This document shows, in pieces, positions 1 through 9,915 of a stretch of DNA of 40,359 nt (positions are counted from its first letter, which is position 1; each line of letters starts with the position of its first letter). The DNA comes from Candidatus Heimdallarchaeota archaeon (lineage in GTDB: Archaea > Asgardarchaeota > Heimdallarchaeia > Heimdallarchaeales > Heimdallarchaeaceae). Location of the stretch: positions 1 through 40,359 of the forward strand of contig JAEOSZ010000028.1 in NCBI GenBank assembly GCA_016840095.1, in the 5' to 3' direction. The notes beneath the pieces were generated by a model. The model was given only the letters and a program-made list of their open reading frames with translations, had not been told where the DNA came from and did not search any database. The translations under genes were made by a program, and so were the position numbers.

Positions 1-322
1 AACCTAATGAAAATCCAAATATCAAATAAATGTAAATCTGATCATCAAAACGAGGAATAACTACAAATGCTAAAACAAAAGAGGAAATGAAAAAGAGTGC
101 TAACATAAACCATGAATGGAAGAATTTTCTATGCATTGAATGCGTTGGTCTTTCGATTAGATCTGGAAGGATTGAACCAAAGAAGATCGGTATCGCTGAA
201 ATAGATAGTATTAATGTCAATTTCAGATATTGAAAATCAGTAGCAAAGAAGTAGTACGATATTCCTACTAAAGGTATACCTAGAACAAATCCGGCAACAA
301 TATGAGTTAGTCTTCTCGACAT
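1..322 (-). CDS. YdjM/LexA-binding-like inner-membrane metal-dependent hydrolase, truncated by window edge
   Basis: Manual translation MSRRLTHIVAG...FGSILPDLIERPTHSMHRKFFHSW shows the H / GSxLPD / HR-x2-FHS motifs; paralog of 4515..5048. Not in ORF track. Confidence 0.8.
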   Translation of the reverse strand, partial: MSRRLTHIVAGFVLGIPLVGISYYFFATDFQYLKLTLILSISAIPIFFGSILPDLIERPTHSMHRKFFHSWFMLALFFISSFVLAFVVIPRFDDQIYIYLIFGFSLG

Positions 323-408
323 TAAGCCTGTACTCCTATTTTATAATAAACAGTTTAATATAAAAACTGAAGTAAAACCCCGATATTTATTTTACAAAAA
401 ACACATAA

Positions 409-876
409 ATGTATAATAAAACATACCATATGAATGAACTTCTAGAAAAAGCTAAATCATGGACAGAGAAACTGAAAGTAACTACAAAACTAGTTGAAAA
501 TCTTCCTACCGATGTAATTTTGTCAAATAGTTGGGATAAGAGAAAGCTTTGCATTCATCTTTATGGTTGGGATACAGAATTTATCAAATGGGCGGATATT
601 CTTCGTAGGGGAGATAAATTTGATGTTGAACTTGAAGAAAAAACTGATGAGTATAACCAAAGGTTCTTTGATGAAAATGCAGAATTGAACTCAAAGGAGG
701 CAGTACAACAATTTCTAAAGACAAGAAAAGAAATGATTGAGGTCTATGAAGAGATTTTGTCCAAGTATCCACAAGATAACAAACATTTCGTTGGTTACTT
801 TTCTCTCTGGTGGCATGATGTTCATCATCTGAAGCAAGCTGATGTTGACGTTTCAGAGCTTGAAGAAAAGACATAG
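409..876 (+). CDS. DinB/YfiT-like four-helix metalloprotein
   Basis: WDKRKLCIHLYGWD near the N-terminus and HDVHH near the C-terminus; true start may be ATG at 430. Confidence 0.6.
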   Translation: MYNKTYHMNELLEKAKSWTEKLKVTTKLVENLPTDVILSNSWDKRKLCIHLYGWDTEFIKWADILRRGDKFDVELEEKTDEYNQRFFDENAELNSKEAVQQFLKTRKEMIEVYEEILSKYPQDNKHFVGYFSLWWHDVHHLKQADVDVSELEEKT

Positions 877-884
877 AGTATTTC

Positions 885-1034
885 TTAACTTGAAACCATT
901 GCTTCTGAACTCATCTTGTAAACCCTAGGTTTTTCATTTGGAATTAGGTAATAAAATAGAAGATTACAACTCTTACAATAGTATTTTTGGAAACTAATAG
1001 TATCCATATATTTACCACATTTAGAGCACTTCAT
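885..1034 (-). CDS. 49-aa zinc-ribbon microprotein
   Basis: MKCSKCGKYMDTISFQKYYCKSCNLLFYYLIPNEKPRVYKMSSEAMVSS: CxxC-x13-CxxC; GTGGGA upstream of ATG; fills the intergenic gap. Confidence 0.7.
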   Translation of the reverse strand: MKCSKCGKYMDTISFQKYYCKSCNLLFYYLIPNEKPRVYKMSSEAMVSS

Positions 1035-1151
1035 AATCCCACTTTGAGTAAGTAAATAGTATTTTCAAGATTATCTTTGTCATATTATGGCATAAAAACG
1101 TTATTTTTTCAGCAAAGGATAAAACGAGATAGAAAAATCCTGTTTAAGTTT

Positions 1152-1394
1152 CTAAACCAAACGTAGTTTTCTAACATTTCTTTTTTGACCTGTGATGATA
1201 GTAATAATTGTTATCATGAGAAATGTTAGAGCAAAAATGAAGAAAATTCCTGCTACAATCTCTAAAGCAGCTAGTACAAAACATACAGTAGAAAGTAATC
1301 CAAATAGAAGAGGTGAATATTGTCTTATTGCAATCTCTAAATATCTTCTTTTGTCTTCATCAAAATCAGTATTCTCAGATTTATTCTCAAGCAT
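1152..1394 (-). CDS. small 2-TM membrane protein
   Basis: Charged N-terminus, two hydrophobic segments, basic tail. Confidence 0.6.
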   Translation of the reverse strand: MLENKSENTDFDEDKRRYLEIAIRQYSPLLFGLLSTVCFVLAALEIVAGIFFIFALTFLMITIITIITGQKRNVRKLRLV

Positions 1395-1529
1395 TGATGT
1401 GTCACTCTGTTATCACCTTTATATACTTCTCCATACCAACTTAGAAACTGATTATCTTGTACTTTGAAGCGATAAGTTTAATTTCATCTTCGGTATATTT
1501 AGCTGAAATTAGTTAATTAGTAAAATAGG

Positions 1530-2456
1530 ATGAAAAAAATGAGCTTAAAAAAATCCTCTTCTGTTAAACCTTGGTGGTCTATAGCTTTAGTTTTAAGTTT
1601 ATATACAATATTCTTGTTGGTACCAAATATAGTTCTCAACCTTCTAGCTTTAAATAATCCTAATGTTGCAACTTGGTACCTGAATAATATAGTTAACTTT
1701 TGGTTAATTGTTTTTGCACTAATAGCTGTACTATGGTTGGTCATTGTTCCTCTACTTAAAATTCCTGAAGGTACTAGATTATATTGGGAATATTTAGATA
1801 GCATCAAGATTATCAAGTTCAAACCCATTATCAAGACTGTTGGTCTAGGTCTGCTGTTAGGAGGAATAATGCTTTGTTTTATGGTTTTTACAGGATGGCT
1901 AGAAGCAAAAACCACAGGGGGGATTCAAGTTTTCTTTGGAAGTTTACTGGTCAACGAAATAGTGCCTTTAAATGTGTATTATGCACTTTCTCCTGGAATT
2001 TGGGAGGAAGTAGCATTCAGAGGCGTCATTTTTGCTTTACTAATAAAAAAATATCCTCAGAAAAAAACAATAATACTTAATGGGTTGTTGTTTGGATTGT
2101 TCCATCTAATCAATCTAACTACTCTATTTTTCTACTGGGGAGCTGAGGGGAGTTTTATTCTTGGTTTTGTGTTTTCAACTCTTTTCCAAGTAGTTTATGC
2201 AACTTTTGTTGGAATACTATTAGCTTATGTGTTCTCAAAGACTAAAAGCCTAATCACTGTTATTCTCATTCATTATATAATTGATGCATTCATAACTTTC
2301 CTTACTTTTGTTATACACTTTCCTGATACTTCCATGTCAGATTTATTGATACGTCTTACATTGATGACAACTTTAGGTATTGGACTAGTACCATGTCTTG
2401 TCTGTTTTCTGATAGTTCATCTAGTATATAGAAAACAAACGGGTAAAAATATATGA
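1530..2456 (+). CDS. CPBP (Abi/CAAX type II) intramembrane glutamic endopeptidase
   Basis: EEVAFRG, FGLFH and H-x3-D motifs; polytopic. Confidence 0.9.
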   Translation: MKKMSLKKSSSVKPWWSIALVLSLYTIFLLVPNIVLNLLALNNPNVATWYLNNIVNFWLIVFALIAVLWLVIVPLLKIPEGTRLYWEYLDSIKIIKFKPIIKTVGLGLLLGGIMLCFMVFTGWLEAKTTGGIQVFFGSLLVNEIVPLNVYYALSPGIWEEVAFRGVIFALLIKKYPQKKTIILNGLLFGLFHLINLTTLFFYWGAEGSFILGFVFSTLFQVVYATFVGILLAYVFSKTKSLITVILIHYIIDAFITFLTFVIHFPDTSMSDLLIRLTLMTTLGIGLVPCLVCFLIVHLVYRKQTGKNI

Positions 2457-2501
2457 AAAGAAGAAAATAATATAATAGAGTGATTTCCTTCAATCATCAT
2501 T

Positions 2502-3428
2502 ATGAATCAGAATGTAAGTCAACCAAGATTCAGTCGTTTCGTGTCATTTATAGTTTGCATAATCTCCTATATAATTGCTATAGGCGTAGCAGTTGGTGTT
2601 CTTTTTGGTATTGGAGATTCAATGCATATTCTTTTGTCCACCTTCATAGCTGATGTAGCATCAACTCTTGTTATTTACATTATTAGTACAATTTTCAAAA
2701 ATACAAGTTTGTATGATGCTTATTGGAGTGTTGCACCAATAATTATAGCATTTTACTGGATCATCTCTGTTGTACCAGTTATAGGTTTCAAAACAACACA
2801 TATTTGGATACTAATTGTTGTAGGTGTATGGGGAGTAAGACTGACTTACAACTGGGCTAGAGGGTGGAAAGGACTTCATCATGAAGATTGGAGATATGCA
2901 AATTTTAGGAAAAACAAACCTAAGATTTTCTGGTTTATTAACCTTACAGGATTACAACTTATGCCAACCTTGGTTGTTTATGCTGGGTGTTTATCACTAT
3001 ATCCAGCTATAGTTTCTTCTACTCTAGAGACAATGAATATTTTCTTCTGGTTAGGATTGTTAATATGTATAGCAGCGGTTGTAATAGAAGCTGTTGCAGA
3101 TGAACATCAATACATCTTCAGTGCAAAGAAAGAGAAAGGAGAGTTACTAACCAAAGGACTCTGGGGTTATTCAAGACATCCAAATTATCTAGGTGAAATT
3201 TCCTTCTGGTGGGGATTGTATTTCTTTACACTTGCAGCTGCACAAACCTCAAAAAGTTGGGATTTTTGGCTTTTAACAATAGGCGGTCCAATAATAGTTA
3301 CAGTTCTATTTTTAGCAATTAGCATTCCAATGATCGAGAAACGAATGATGGAAAAGTATCCAACTTATAAAATTTATCAGAAGAAAGTTGCTAAGCTTAT
3401 CCCTGGATTCAAAAGGAGAAGAGGTTGA
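2502..3428 (+). CDS. DUF1295 / steroid 5-alpha-reductase-like membrane protein
   Basis: YDAYWS, WGVRL, EDWRY, EAVADEHQ, GLWGYSRHPNYLGE. Confidence 0.9.
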   Translation: MNQNVSQPRFSRFVSFIVCIISYIIAIGVAVGVLFGIGDSMHILLSTFIADVASTLVIYIISTIFKNTSLYDAYWSVAPIIIAFYWIISVVPVIGFKTTHIWILIVVGVWGVRLTYNWARGWKGLHHEDWRYANFRKNKPKIFWFINLTGLQLMPTLVVYAGCLSLYPAIVSSTLETMNIFFWLGLLICIAAVVIEAVADEHQYIFSAKKEKGELLTKGLWGYSRHPNYLGEISFWWGLYFFTLAAAQTSKSWDFWLLTIGGPIIVTVLFLAISIPMIEKRMMEKYPTYKIYQKKVAKLIPGFKRRRG

Positions 3429-3466
3429 AAAAAGCTTAAATTTACTAGCTAAATAATTATTTAGAA

Positions 3467-4495
3467 GTGATAATGATGAAATTTAAAGATCATTTACAGA
3501 GAAACAAGCGAAAATATATTGCTTATAGTATTTTTGCTGCTTTATTAATTACCGTGTTTTCAATTTATCTAACAGTAAAAATTACAGATAATAACCCGAT
3601 TGAGGATGCCTATGATACAAGAATGCAACAGAATCTTGATTGGTATTTCATCAATGGTACTCTAAAAGCCGATGCTCCCGCTTTAGCAACTTTAGATGGA
3701 TTTTTAGCTGAATATGTTGATGATTTCTTCATTTATTTTGCTTGTGCATTTGTTCTTTTGTGGATTGCGAATAGAGTGCTCCATGCTATGAAAAAGAGAA
3801 TATCACCTGATATTCATAATACACTACATGTTTTAATTCGTTCAATTGTTCTACCAATTTTCATAATTGCTTATATAAGTAAATTTGAACCATTCACAGG
3901 TTCAATAATAGGAGTTGCTGCAACATTAGGTGCTGCTTTTGGTATAGCAGCTGCAAAGTCTGTAGGTGATTTATTAGCTGGACTGGCTATGGTATTTTCC
4001 AAACATCATAATGTGGGCGATTATATCTTCATTCCTGAATTGAAAATTGAAGGAATTGTAAAGAAAATTTCTGTAACTTATATGACAATTCTTCAACCTA
4101 ATGAAACAAAAGCTGTAATTCCAATAAGCAAAGTTAAGGAACACGAGGTTATCAACATAGCTATTGCAGAATATGCAGAAGATGATGATCAACATAGAGA
4201 TATTTCAGACTTATTCCTTTATGGTGAAAGAATTGCTGAAACAGACCATGTTTATCCATTAAAATGGGCTGTTCATTCTGATGATAGTCATGATGCATGT
4301 GTTAGAGCAATAGAAAAAACTGCAAAAGAATATGGGCCAGAATTAGATGAACCTGCTGAATGGCGTATTTATGAAAGGGACAGACTAAATAGAAGATATG
4401 AAATAAAATTGCAAGTCTTAGAACCAGAAAAGCTGTTAACTTTAGCACCTGATTTCTTAAAATCCTTGGAAAGTAACTATGAAAAAATAAAATAA
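3467..4495 (+). CDS. MscS-family mechanosensitive channel
   Basis: TM helices followed by GIAAAKSVGDLLAG, VGDYI, EGIVKKI, VIP. Confidence 0.75.
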   Translation: MIMMKFKDHLQRNKRKYIAYSIFAALLITVFSIYLTVKITDNNPIEDAYDTRMQQNLDWYFINGTLKADAPALATLDGFLAEYVDDFFIYFACAFVLLWIANRVLHAMKKRISPDIHNTLHVLIRSIVLPIFIIAYISKFEPFTGSIIGVAATLGAAFGIAAAKSVGDLLAGLAMVFSKHHNVGDYIFIPELKIEGIVKKISVTYMTILQPNETKAVIPISKVKEHEVINIAIAEYAEDDDQHRDISDLFLYGERIAETDHVYPLKWAVHSDDSHDACVRAIEKTAKEYGPELDEPAEWRIYERDRLNRRYEIKLQVLEPEKLLTLAPDFLKSLESNYEKIK

Positions 4496-4514
4496 AAGAA
4501 AAAAAGAAATGGTA

Positions 4515-5048
4515 TTAAAAAGCTAGCCAAGATTGGAAGAAATATAATAAGATTATACCAGCTACCATAATTAAAATACCGTTTATAAGGAGAAACATTT
4601 TCGAAGCTTTTTCAGGAAGAGTTTTTCTTCCTGCCTCATTTACCCAAAAAATGTGAATTAAAGCTGAACCTTTCCATGCTTCTGGTCTCATATCAAAGAA
4701 AAGATGTGATGCATGACCAATAAGATAGAAAGCAAATATAGGTACAAGAAACTTTGTTTCTGGTTGAACCCATATTATAGGTAAACAAATGATAATTGGG
4801 AGAAATACAGAATGTGTAATTATATTTCTGTGAGGTAATATTTTGTCCCACAATAAATCATAATCAGGTAATTGAGCTCCAAAATGCGTTGCTATAAAGG
4901 AGAGGATTATCCACATAGAATGTAAAGTTAAATTATCGTTTAGTCCTAGATTAATATAAGAGGTTTTCAAGTCCAGAGCAAAGAATATTCCAATAGATAT
5001 TCCCCAGAAAAGTGTTCCTGCAAAGAGATGCATTCTTCGATTTGCCAT
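4515..5048 (-). CDS. YdjM-like membrane metal-dependent hydrolase
   Basis: MH, GAQLPDYD, HRNIITHS, GHASHLFFD. Confidence 0.85.
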   Translation of the reverse strand: MANRRMHLFAGTLFWGISIGIFFALDLKTSYINLGLNDNLTLHSMWIILSFIATHFGAQLPDYDLLWDKILPHRNIITHSVFLPIIICLPIIWVQPETKFLVPIFAFYLIGHASHLFFDMRPEAWKGSALIHIFWVNEAGRKTLPEKASKMFLLINGILIMVAGIILLYFFQSWLAF

Positions 5049-5153
5049 GTCTTTATATTTCTAAACTAACTTTTAAGTTTTTCATACAATTTTGTTAGAA
5101 TGGATTTAAGTTATTTTAAAAGGATATTGAGACAAGAAGAGATGTGAGATAAG

Positions 5154-5258
5154 TTAGTGTAAGGTTCCTTTTACTAGAACCATCTTTTCTAGACTTCTAT
5201 TTCTCACTTCTTTCATTGTTTTTCCAAGTTCAACTGTTTTTTTCATGTTTTTCTTCAT
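5154..5258 (-). CDS. putative 34-aa basic peptide
   Basis: MKKNMKKTVELGKTMKEVRNRSLEKMVLVKGTLH; AGGTG SD, TTTTTAAA box upstream, pyrimidine tract downstream. Confidence 0.5.
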   Translation of the reverse strand: MKKNMKKTVELGKTMKEVRNRSLEKMVLVKGTLH

Positions 5259-5301
5259 TTTTTGCACCTATCCTAACATAAGCTGTCCTTTAAAAATAGG
5301 T

Positions 5302-5331
5302 TGACCACAAGTTATGGTCACAAGTTGTGAC
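5302..5331. promoter_or_regulatory. two overlapping palindromes, putative transcription-factor operator
   Basis: TGACCA-N7-TGGTCA (5302-5320) and GTCACAA-G-TTGTGAC (5317-5331), just upstream of a minus-strand TATA-like box. Confidence 0.5.
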
Positions 5332-5349
5332 ATTATAAAGAAAAAATGA

Positions 5350-6501
5350 TTATGGAGGAAGCAAATATTGTTTCTCACCGGATCTAAATTTATTTAGAAG
5401 AGCTTGGAAAACCATCTTTAAACCCATTTTCATCATAGTACTTTCCATATAGATCTGTAATTCTTCATTTGATTTGTGAACATTGAGCTCTCTTTGTTGA
5501 TTTCTTATAGTTTGTCTGGTTATTCGGCTCATAAGTTTTGTATACTTTTCTAAAACAGATTTATTTTTCTTCTCAGCATATGCAATAGCTCTTGCAGCAA
5601 TTCTTCCTGACATAGCAGCTGAATCCATCCCTACTCCCCTAACTTGGTCAATTAATCCTGCAGCATCTCCAACCATCAAAATCCTGTTTTGACCTAGCCA
5701 AACACGATCTTTTGCATACATATCCATATTGGTTTTGTAACCTTCTCTTTTTACTATATTACCATTGATGTTGTACTTCTCTTTCATTGCATTGTAGAAT
5801 CTGTCCTGATATTCTTGGACATCAATATTGTTGCCTCCTGTACCTACAACCCAGTAATCTTTACCATCATCTAAGGTCTTGTTGTAGATCCAAGCAAACA
5901 TTGCATTACCCCAATCTAGATTCCAAAATTGGTAAAGGGCTTCAGGATCTAAATCAGCTTCCCCATCAATGTAGTAATTAAGAGTTCCTCCCTCGGATCC
6001 AGAAGATGTATCTTGTGGTCTGAGTTGTGATCTAATCTTTGGTCTAAGTCCTGTAGCATCAATGACATATTTTGCTTTAATTTCAAAAGTCTCTTTTTGT
6101 TTTGGTTTAACTAAAGTTATAATGTTATAGTCATCCTTTTCTTCGACTTTTTGACAAATACAATCATCAAGAAATTCTGCTCCTGCTTTTTGAGCGATTA
6201 TATTCAACCAATCATCGAATGGTTTTCTCATAAAATTCAACATATGGAATTTGGATCCAAAGGATTTCCCATCAGGTAAATGAAGTTTAATCTTCTTTAA
6301 TTGATAATTACAAAGTCTTTCTCTGGGAACTTTAACCCCTAACATCTTTTCAAAATACCCAAACTGAATCCCAGAACATGGTTTGTTTCTGGGAGTTTTG
6401 TGCCTTTCAACAAACAAAGTCTTCAAACCGTATTTCGCAGCAAATCTAGCAGCTGTAGAACCAGCGATTCCTCCACCTGCAATGAAAACATCATAATCCA
6501 T
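5350..6501 (-). CDS. geranylgeranyl-reductase-family FAD-dependent oxidoreductase
   Basis: GGGIAG, KPCSG, VIDATG, LMVGDAAG...GVGM. Confidence 0.85.
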   Translation of the reverse strand: MDYDVFIAGGGIAGSTAARFAAKYGLKTLFVERHKTPRNKPCSGIQFGYFEKMLGVKVPRERLCNYQLKKIKLHLPDGKSFGSKFHMLNFMRKPFDDWLNIIAQKAGAEFLDDCICQKVEEKDDYNIITLVKPKQKETFEIKAKYVIDATGLRPKIRSQLRPQDTSSGSEGGTLNYYIDGEADLDPEALYQFWNLDWGNAMFAWIYNKTLDDGKDYWVVGTGGNNIDVQEYQDRFYNAMKEKYNINGNIVKREGYKTNMDMYAKDRVWLGQNRILMVGDAAGLIDQVRGVGMDSAAMSGRIAARAIAYAEKKNKSVLEKYTKLMSRITRQTIRNQQRELNVHKSNEELQIYMESTMMKMGLKMVFQALLNKFRSGEKQYLLPP

Positions 6502-6591
6502 ACTTTTGAATTTACAGAACTCTTAAAAATCTATTAGTATGAGCTATAGATTCTAACAAATTTTAAATTCTCTATCTTGTATTTCTACTAG

Positions 6592-7119
6592 ATGTCTATT
6601 CGACAAGCGAAACGTTCTGATATTCAACAGATGGCTGAGGTACTAGTTAGTACTTGGAATACTACTTATAGAGGATTATTTCCAGATGAAGTGATTGATG
6701 CTAGAACTGTAGAAAGTAGAATTGAGAATATATCAAAAAATTGGAAGGGTTTTGAGGAAGATCTTGTTTCTAGAATTTTGCTTGTAGCAGAGAATGATGC
6801 TAAAGAAATAGTAGGTCTTGCCGCTGGTGGAGATATCTTTCATAGTGGTTATTCTTATGACTCCGAAGGATATGCATTTTACATACTTAAGGAATATCAA
6901 AATCAAGGAATAGGAACACTACTTCTAAAAGAACTAGTTAAATTTCTTCTATCTATGAATTTTAAATCTATGATAGTTTGGGTGTTAGAAGACAATCCAG
7001 CATGTAAATTTTATGAGAAGCTAGGTGGAGTTGCAAAAGAAAGAAAAATTGAAAAGTATGGAGAAGAGGAATTTAATTTAGTTGGTTATATTTGGGATGA
7101 TATAAGAAAAATAAAATAG
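6592..7119 (+). CDS. GNAT N-acetyltransferase
   Basis: YQNQGIGTLL, WVLEDNPACKFYEKLGG. Confidence 0.9.
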   Translation: MSIRQAKRSDIQQMAEVLVSTWNTTYRGLFPDEVIDARTVESRIENISKNWKGFEEDLVSRILLVAENDAKEIVGLAAGGDIFHSGYSYDSEGYAFYILKEYQNQGIGTLLLKELVKFLLSMNFKSMIVWVLEDNPACKFYEKLGGVAKERKIEKYGEEEFNLVGYIWDDIRKIK

Positions 7120-7144
7120 AAAAGAAGAAAAGAGCTCTTCTAAG

Positions 7145-8674
7145 TTAAATAGTTAAATCATCTATTACGAGGTTGATTAATTCGTCCCAATTACCATATG
7201 AGCTTTCATAAAGAACATCAGGTTGAGTTCGAACTTCTTCATTTGCAAAACCATTGTGATCTATTCCAAGTGAGGAAGCAGCATTAATTACTAGTTTACT
7301 ATTTGGTAGAACTATATAAAGTGGCCAAATCATTAGACCATCTCCACCACTAGGAGTTCCATAGATATTATCAACAAAATCATATTTTCTGCAGAAATGA
7401 AGGAATCCTTCAGCTGCTGAAAAAACCATGTTGTCTATAAGAAGAGTAATGTTTCCATTGAAATCAATATGTTCTGAAGGATTTATTGTTTGCCAGAATT
7501 TGTAAATCTCAAAATCTTTAGTCTCAACTTCTGGTGGAAGAGTTGGAAAGTCTTTTTTGGACATTTTTGCAGTTAAATAATTTTGGTGCAAATACTCTAC
7601 ATAATCCCCAGTTCGATATGCATTGTAGAATTCAAAGACAGTTTGAGATTCAAGGAAATGTTGAACTATTCCATCGATCCAGAAGCTGTAAAAACCACCT
7701 GTGTTACCTCGAATATCAATAATCAGATTATCATAGTCTTCGATATCTAAATAAAAGTCTAAAATATCTGGAAAACTATTTTCAACCTCTGTTCCATAGA
7801 ATTTACTTACATACATATATCCTATTTTATCTGCATCATAGGTAGTAAGATTTACTGCTGTTGAGGGATATTGATATGGATGAACAGCTAATTCAGATTC
7901 AATCCCAAAAGAAACATCAGTAGAATATCCAGTTGAATTAAGGATAGTAAACTCTGCATCTGCTCCAAAATGTCGAGGATAAATGCTCCAGACATAGTTT
8001 TTACCTCTACTAAAGTCATAGTCGATATATGCTGTATCGAAGCTTGTTAGAATTGCTTCATCAACTGGGACACCATTGACATGTGTTACAACTGTTTCGT
8101 TTCCATAAGTTGTTTCCCAAGAAGAATTATAATCATGAATAACATATTCTCCTTTTTCATAAACTATTAGAACATCGAATTTTCTGATTAGTCTCTCAGC
8201 TTCATCATCTAGAAAAATGCTATTCCAATATGATGCAGCATCAGCTACTTCTTGAGTAAAGACTTCTTCTGCTGGATAGAACTGCATTGTATTAAAATTA
8301 TCAATTACTTTTCCTGGATACAAAACGAAAGTATGTCTATTCTGGAGAGCTATCACAGCTTCTGTAATAATTTTAAAGAACTCTTCATTGTCAGCTGCAG
8401 TATTGATACGATCAACAAAGGTGTCTTTAAGATCTAACCAATTGTAACCATGTGTACGATTTTTTACTTGTAAGTAAGGATAATTTTCGCTTATATAATT
8501 ATATAAGTATTCAAAATCTTCAAGCCATTCATCAACACCAAGATCTTGTGGTGCAATTGAATTTATAGTAATAGTGTAATTGGCACTAAAAAACACACCA
8601 AAATATACACTTAGCGCAACTACAACCAAAGTAGTTGCTGAACTGAATAATATTAGATTTTTCTTTTTTAACAT
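7145..8674 (-). CDS. S41-family peptidase, membrane-anchored or secreted
   Basis: N-terminal TM; LIIDIRGNTGG, FSAAE, GTPSGG, QPD; GGTGA SD. Confidence 0.9.
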   Translation of the reverse strand: MLKKKNLILFSSATTLVVVALSVYFGVFFSANYTITINSIAPQDLGVDEWLEDFEYLYNYISENYPYLQVKNRTHGYNWLDLKDTFVDRINTAADNEEFFKIITEAVIALQNRHTFVLYPGKVIDNFNTMQFYPAEEVFTQEVADAASYWNSIFLDDEAERLIRKFDVLIVYEKGEYVIHDYNSSWETTYGNETVVTHVNGVPVDEAILTSFDTAYIDYDFSRGKNYVWSIYPRHFGADAEFTILNSTGYSTDVSFGIESELAVHPYQYPSTAVNLTTYDADKIGYMYVSKFYGTEVENSFPDILDFYLDIEDYDNLIIDIRGNTGGFYSFWIDGIVQHFLESQTVFEFYNAYRTGDYVEYLHQNYLTAKMSKKDFPTLPPEVETKDFEIYKFWQTINPSEHIDFNGNITLLIDNMVFSAAEGFLHFCRKYDFVDNIYGTPSGGDGLMIWPLYIVLPNSKLVINAASSLGIDHNGFANEEVRTQPDVLYESSYGNWDELINLVIDDLTI

Positions 8675-8676
8675 AT

Positions 8677-9906
8677 TTAATCACCTAATTTTTGAGTAGT
8701 TTGTTTTAATTTTAGATTTGTTTTTGGAATTTCAAAGCTTAATCCATAGTTGGCTACAGTTTTCTTTCTAATTCTCATTCCAAAGAAGAATCGAAGAAGG
8801 TTGAATTTACTGATAAGTAAAGAAGTACTTATAGTAGAAATTGTTACAATAACTATCAAGAGTAGTAATTTTACGAGAATTGGTAAGTTGAGTTTAACTA
8901 TTAAAAGAGAAAATATAACTACGAACAACTCATGTAATAGGTAGAATGGTAGTGTAATGTCTCGTAATATCTTTGTTATTTTATTTTTCTTATTAAGATA
9001 TTTTTTACTGTAGTGGAAAGTAGCAATTAAAGTGCTCCAACAACATATTCCTAGAAACAGAAATGCTACTGGATTTCCTGAGTTTACGAAATATATAGGT
9101 ATTCCGACAATTCCCGCTACTAATGCAATAAATACAGATGGTAAAGCATGCTTCTCAAGAGCTTTCTCAAATTCCTTATGTGCAAATAGAAAACCATAGA
9201 TAAGGAAAAAGAGATAGGTAAATACATGGAATCCAGTAAATCTAGGTATATATTTTACTATTGGATTCACTGAAAGTTCAATAGCAATTAAAGGTAAAAG
9301 GAGAAGATAAAGAGTTCCAGGTTTTTGAAAGAATTTACCTGCTTTACCAATTCTTTTTTGATTCTTTTCCTTAGCTAACCATACAAGTACTGGAGTAGTA
9401 AGGAGTGTTAATACTAGTAGTATTACTAAATACCACATTTGAGATCCAAACCATAACATATTTACACTATTTTCAGGAACTGTTGCGAAATCTCTGAAAT
9501 AAATTACAAAATATTCAGAAATGGTTACTTCATGATACTGAGTATAGCTAAGGAAAAGCATTAATGGAACAAATGTAGTTATTCCCACGATATAGGGTAC
9601 TAATAATCGTAAAATTCTAGCTAATGTGAATTTCTTTCCACCAACATGTTTTAGAGCATAAAAAGTGCTTTTTCCTGAGATGATAAAGAAAAGAGGCATA
9701 CCAAAAGAAGCTAAAGCCAGAATTATGAGATCAAATTTCATAGATAATTCATTATTGCTAACATAAGCACGGTTATATTTGGCAAAAACCCTTAACATAT
9801 GATATATACAAACCAAAAAGACTCCTGTAAAACGTAATAGATCTAAATAATAATGTCTTTCGGGTTTTTTGTTTTCAGATTTTAATAATATTTCTTTTTT
9901 TTCCAT
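8677..9906 (-). CDS. acyltransferase family 3 (OpgC/MdoC-like) membrane protein
   Basis: RHYYLDLLR, MPLFFIISG, RILRLLVP, MWYL, FYLLH. Confidence 0.9.
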   Translation of the reverse strand: MEKKEILLKSENKKPERHYYLDLLRFTGVFLVCIYHMLRVFAKYNRAYVSNNELSMKFDLIILALASFGMPLFFIISGKSTFYALKHVGGKKFTLARILRLLVPYIVGITTFVPLMLFLSYTQYHEVTISEYFVIYFRDFATVPENSVNMLWFGSQMWYLVILLVLTLLTTPVLVWLAKEKNQKRIGKAGKFFQKPGTLYLLLLPLIAIELSVNPIVKYIPRFTGFHVFTYLFFLIYGFLFAHKEFEKALEKHALPSVFIALVAGIVGIPIYFVNSGNPVAFLFLGICCWSTLIATFHYSKKYLNKKNKITKILRDITLPFYLLHELFVVIFSLLIVKLNLPILVKLLLLIVIVTISTISTSLLISKFNLLRFFFGMRIRKKTVANYGLSFEIPKTNLKLKQTTQKLGD

Positions 9907-9915
9907 TTAAATCAC

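Noticed and set aside
1192-1915. Overlapping opposite-strand ORFs here and similar ones elsewhere (e.g. 21311-21736, 31862-32188, 36240-36950, 39492-40257)
   Set aside because: Antisense shadows of well-supported genes with no motifs of their own
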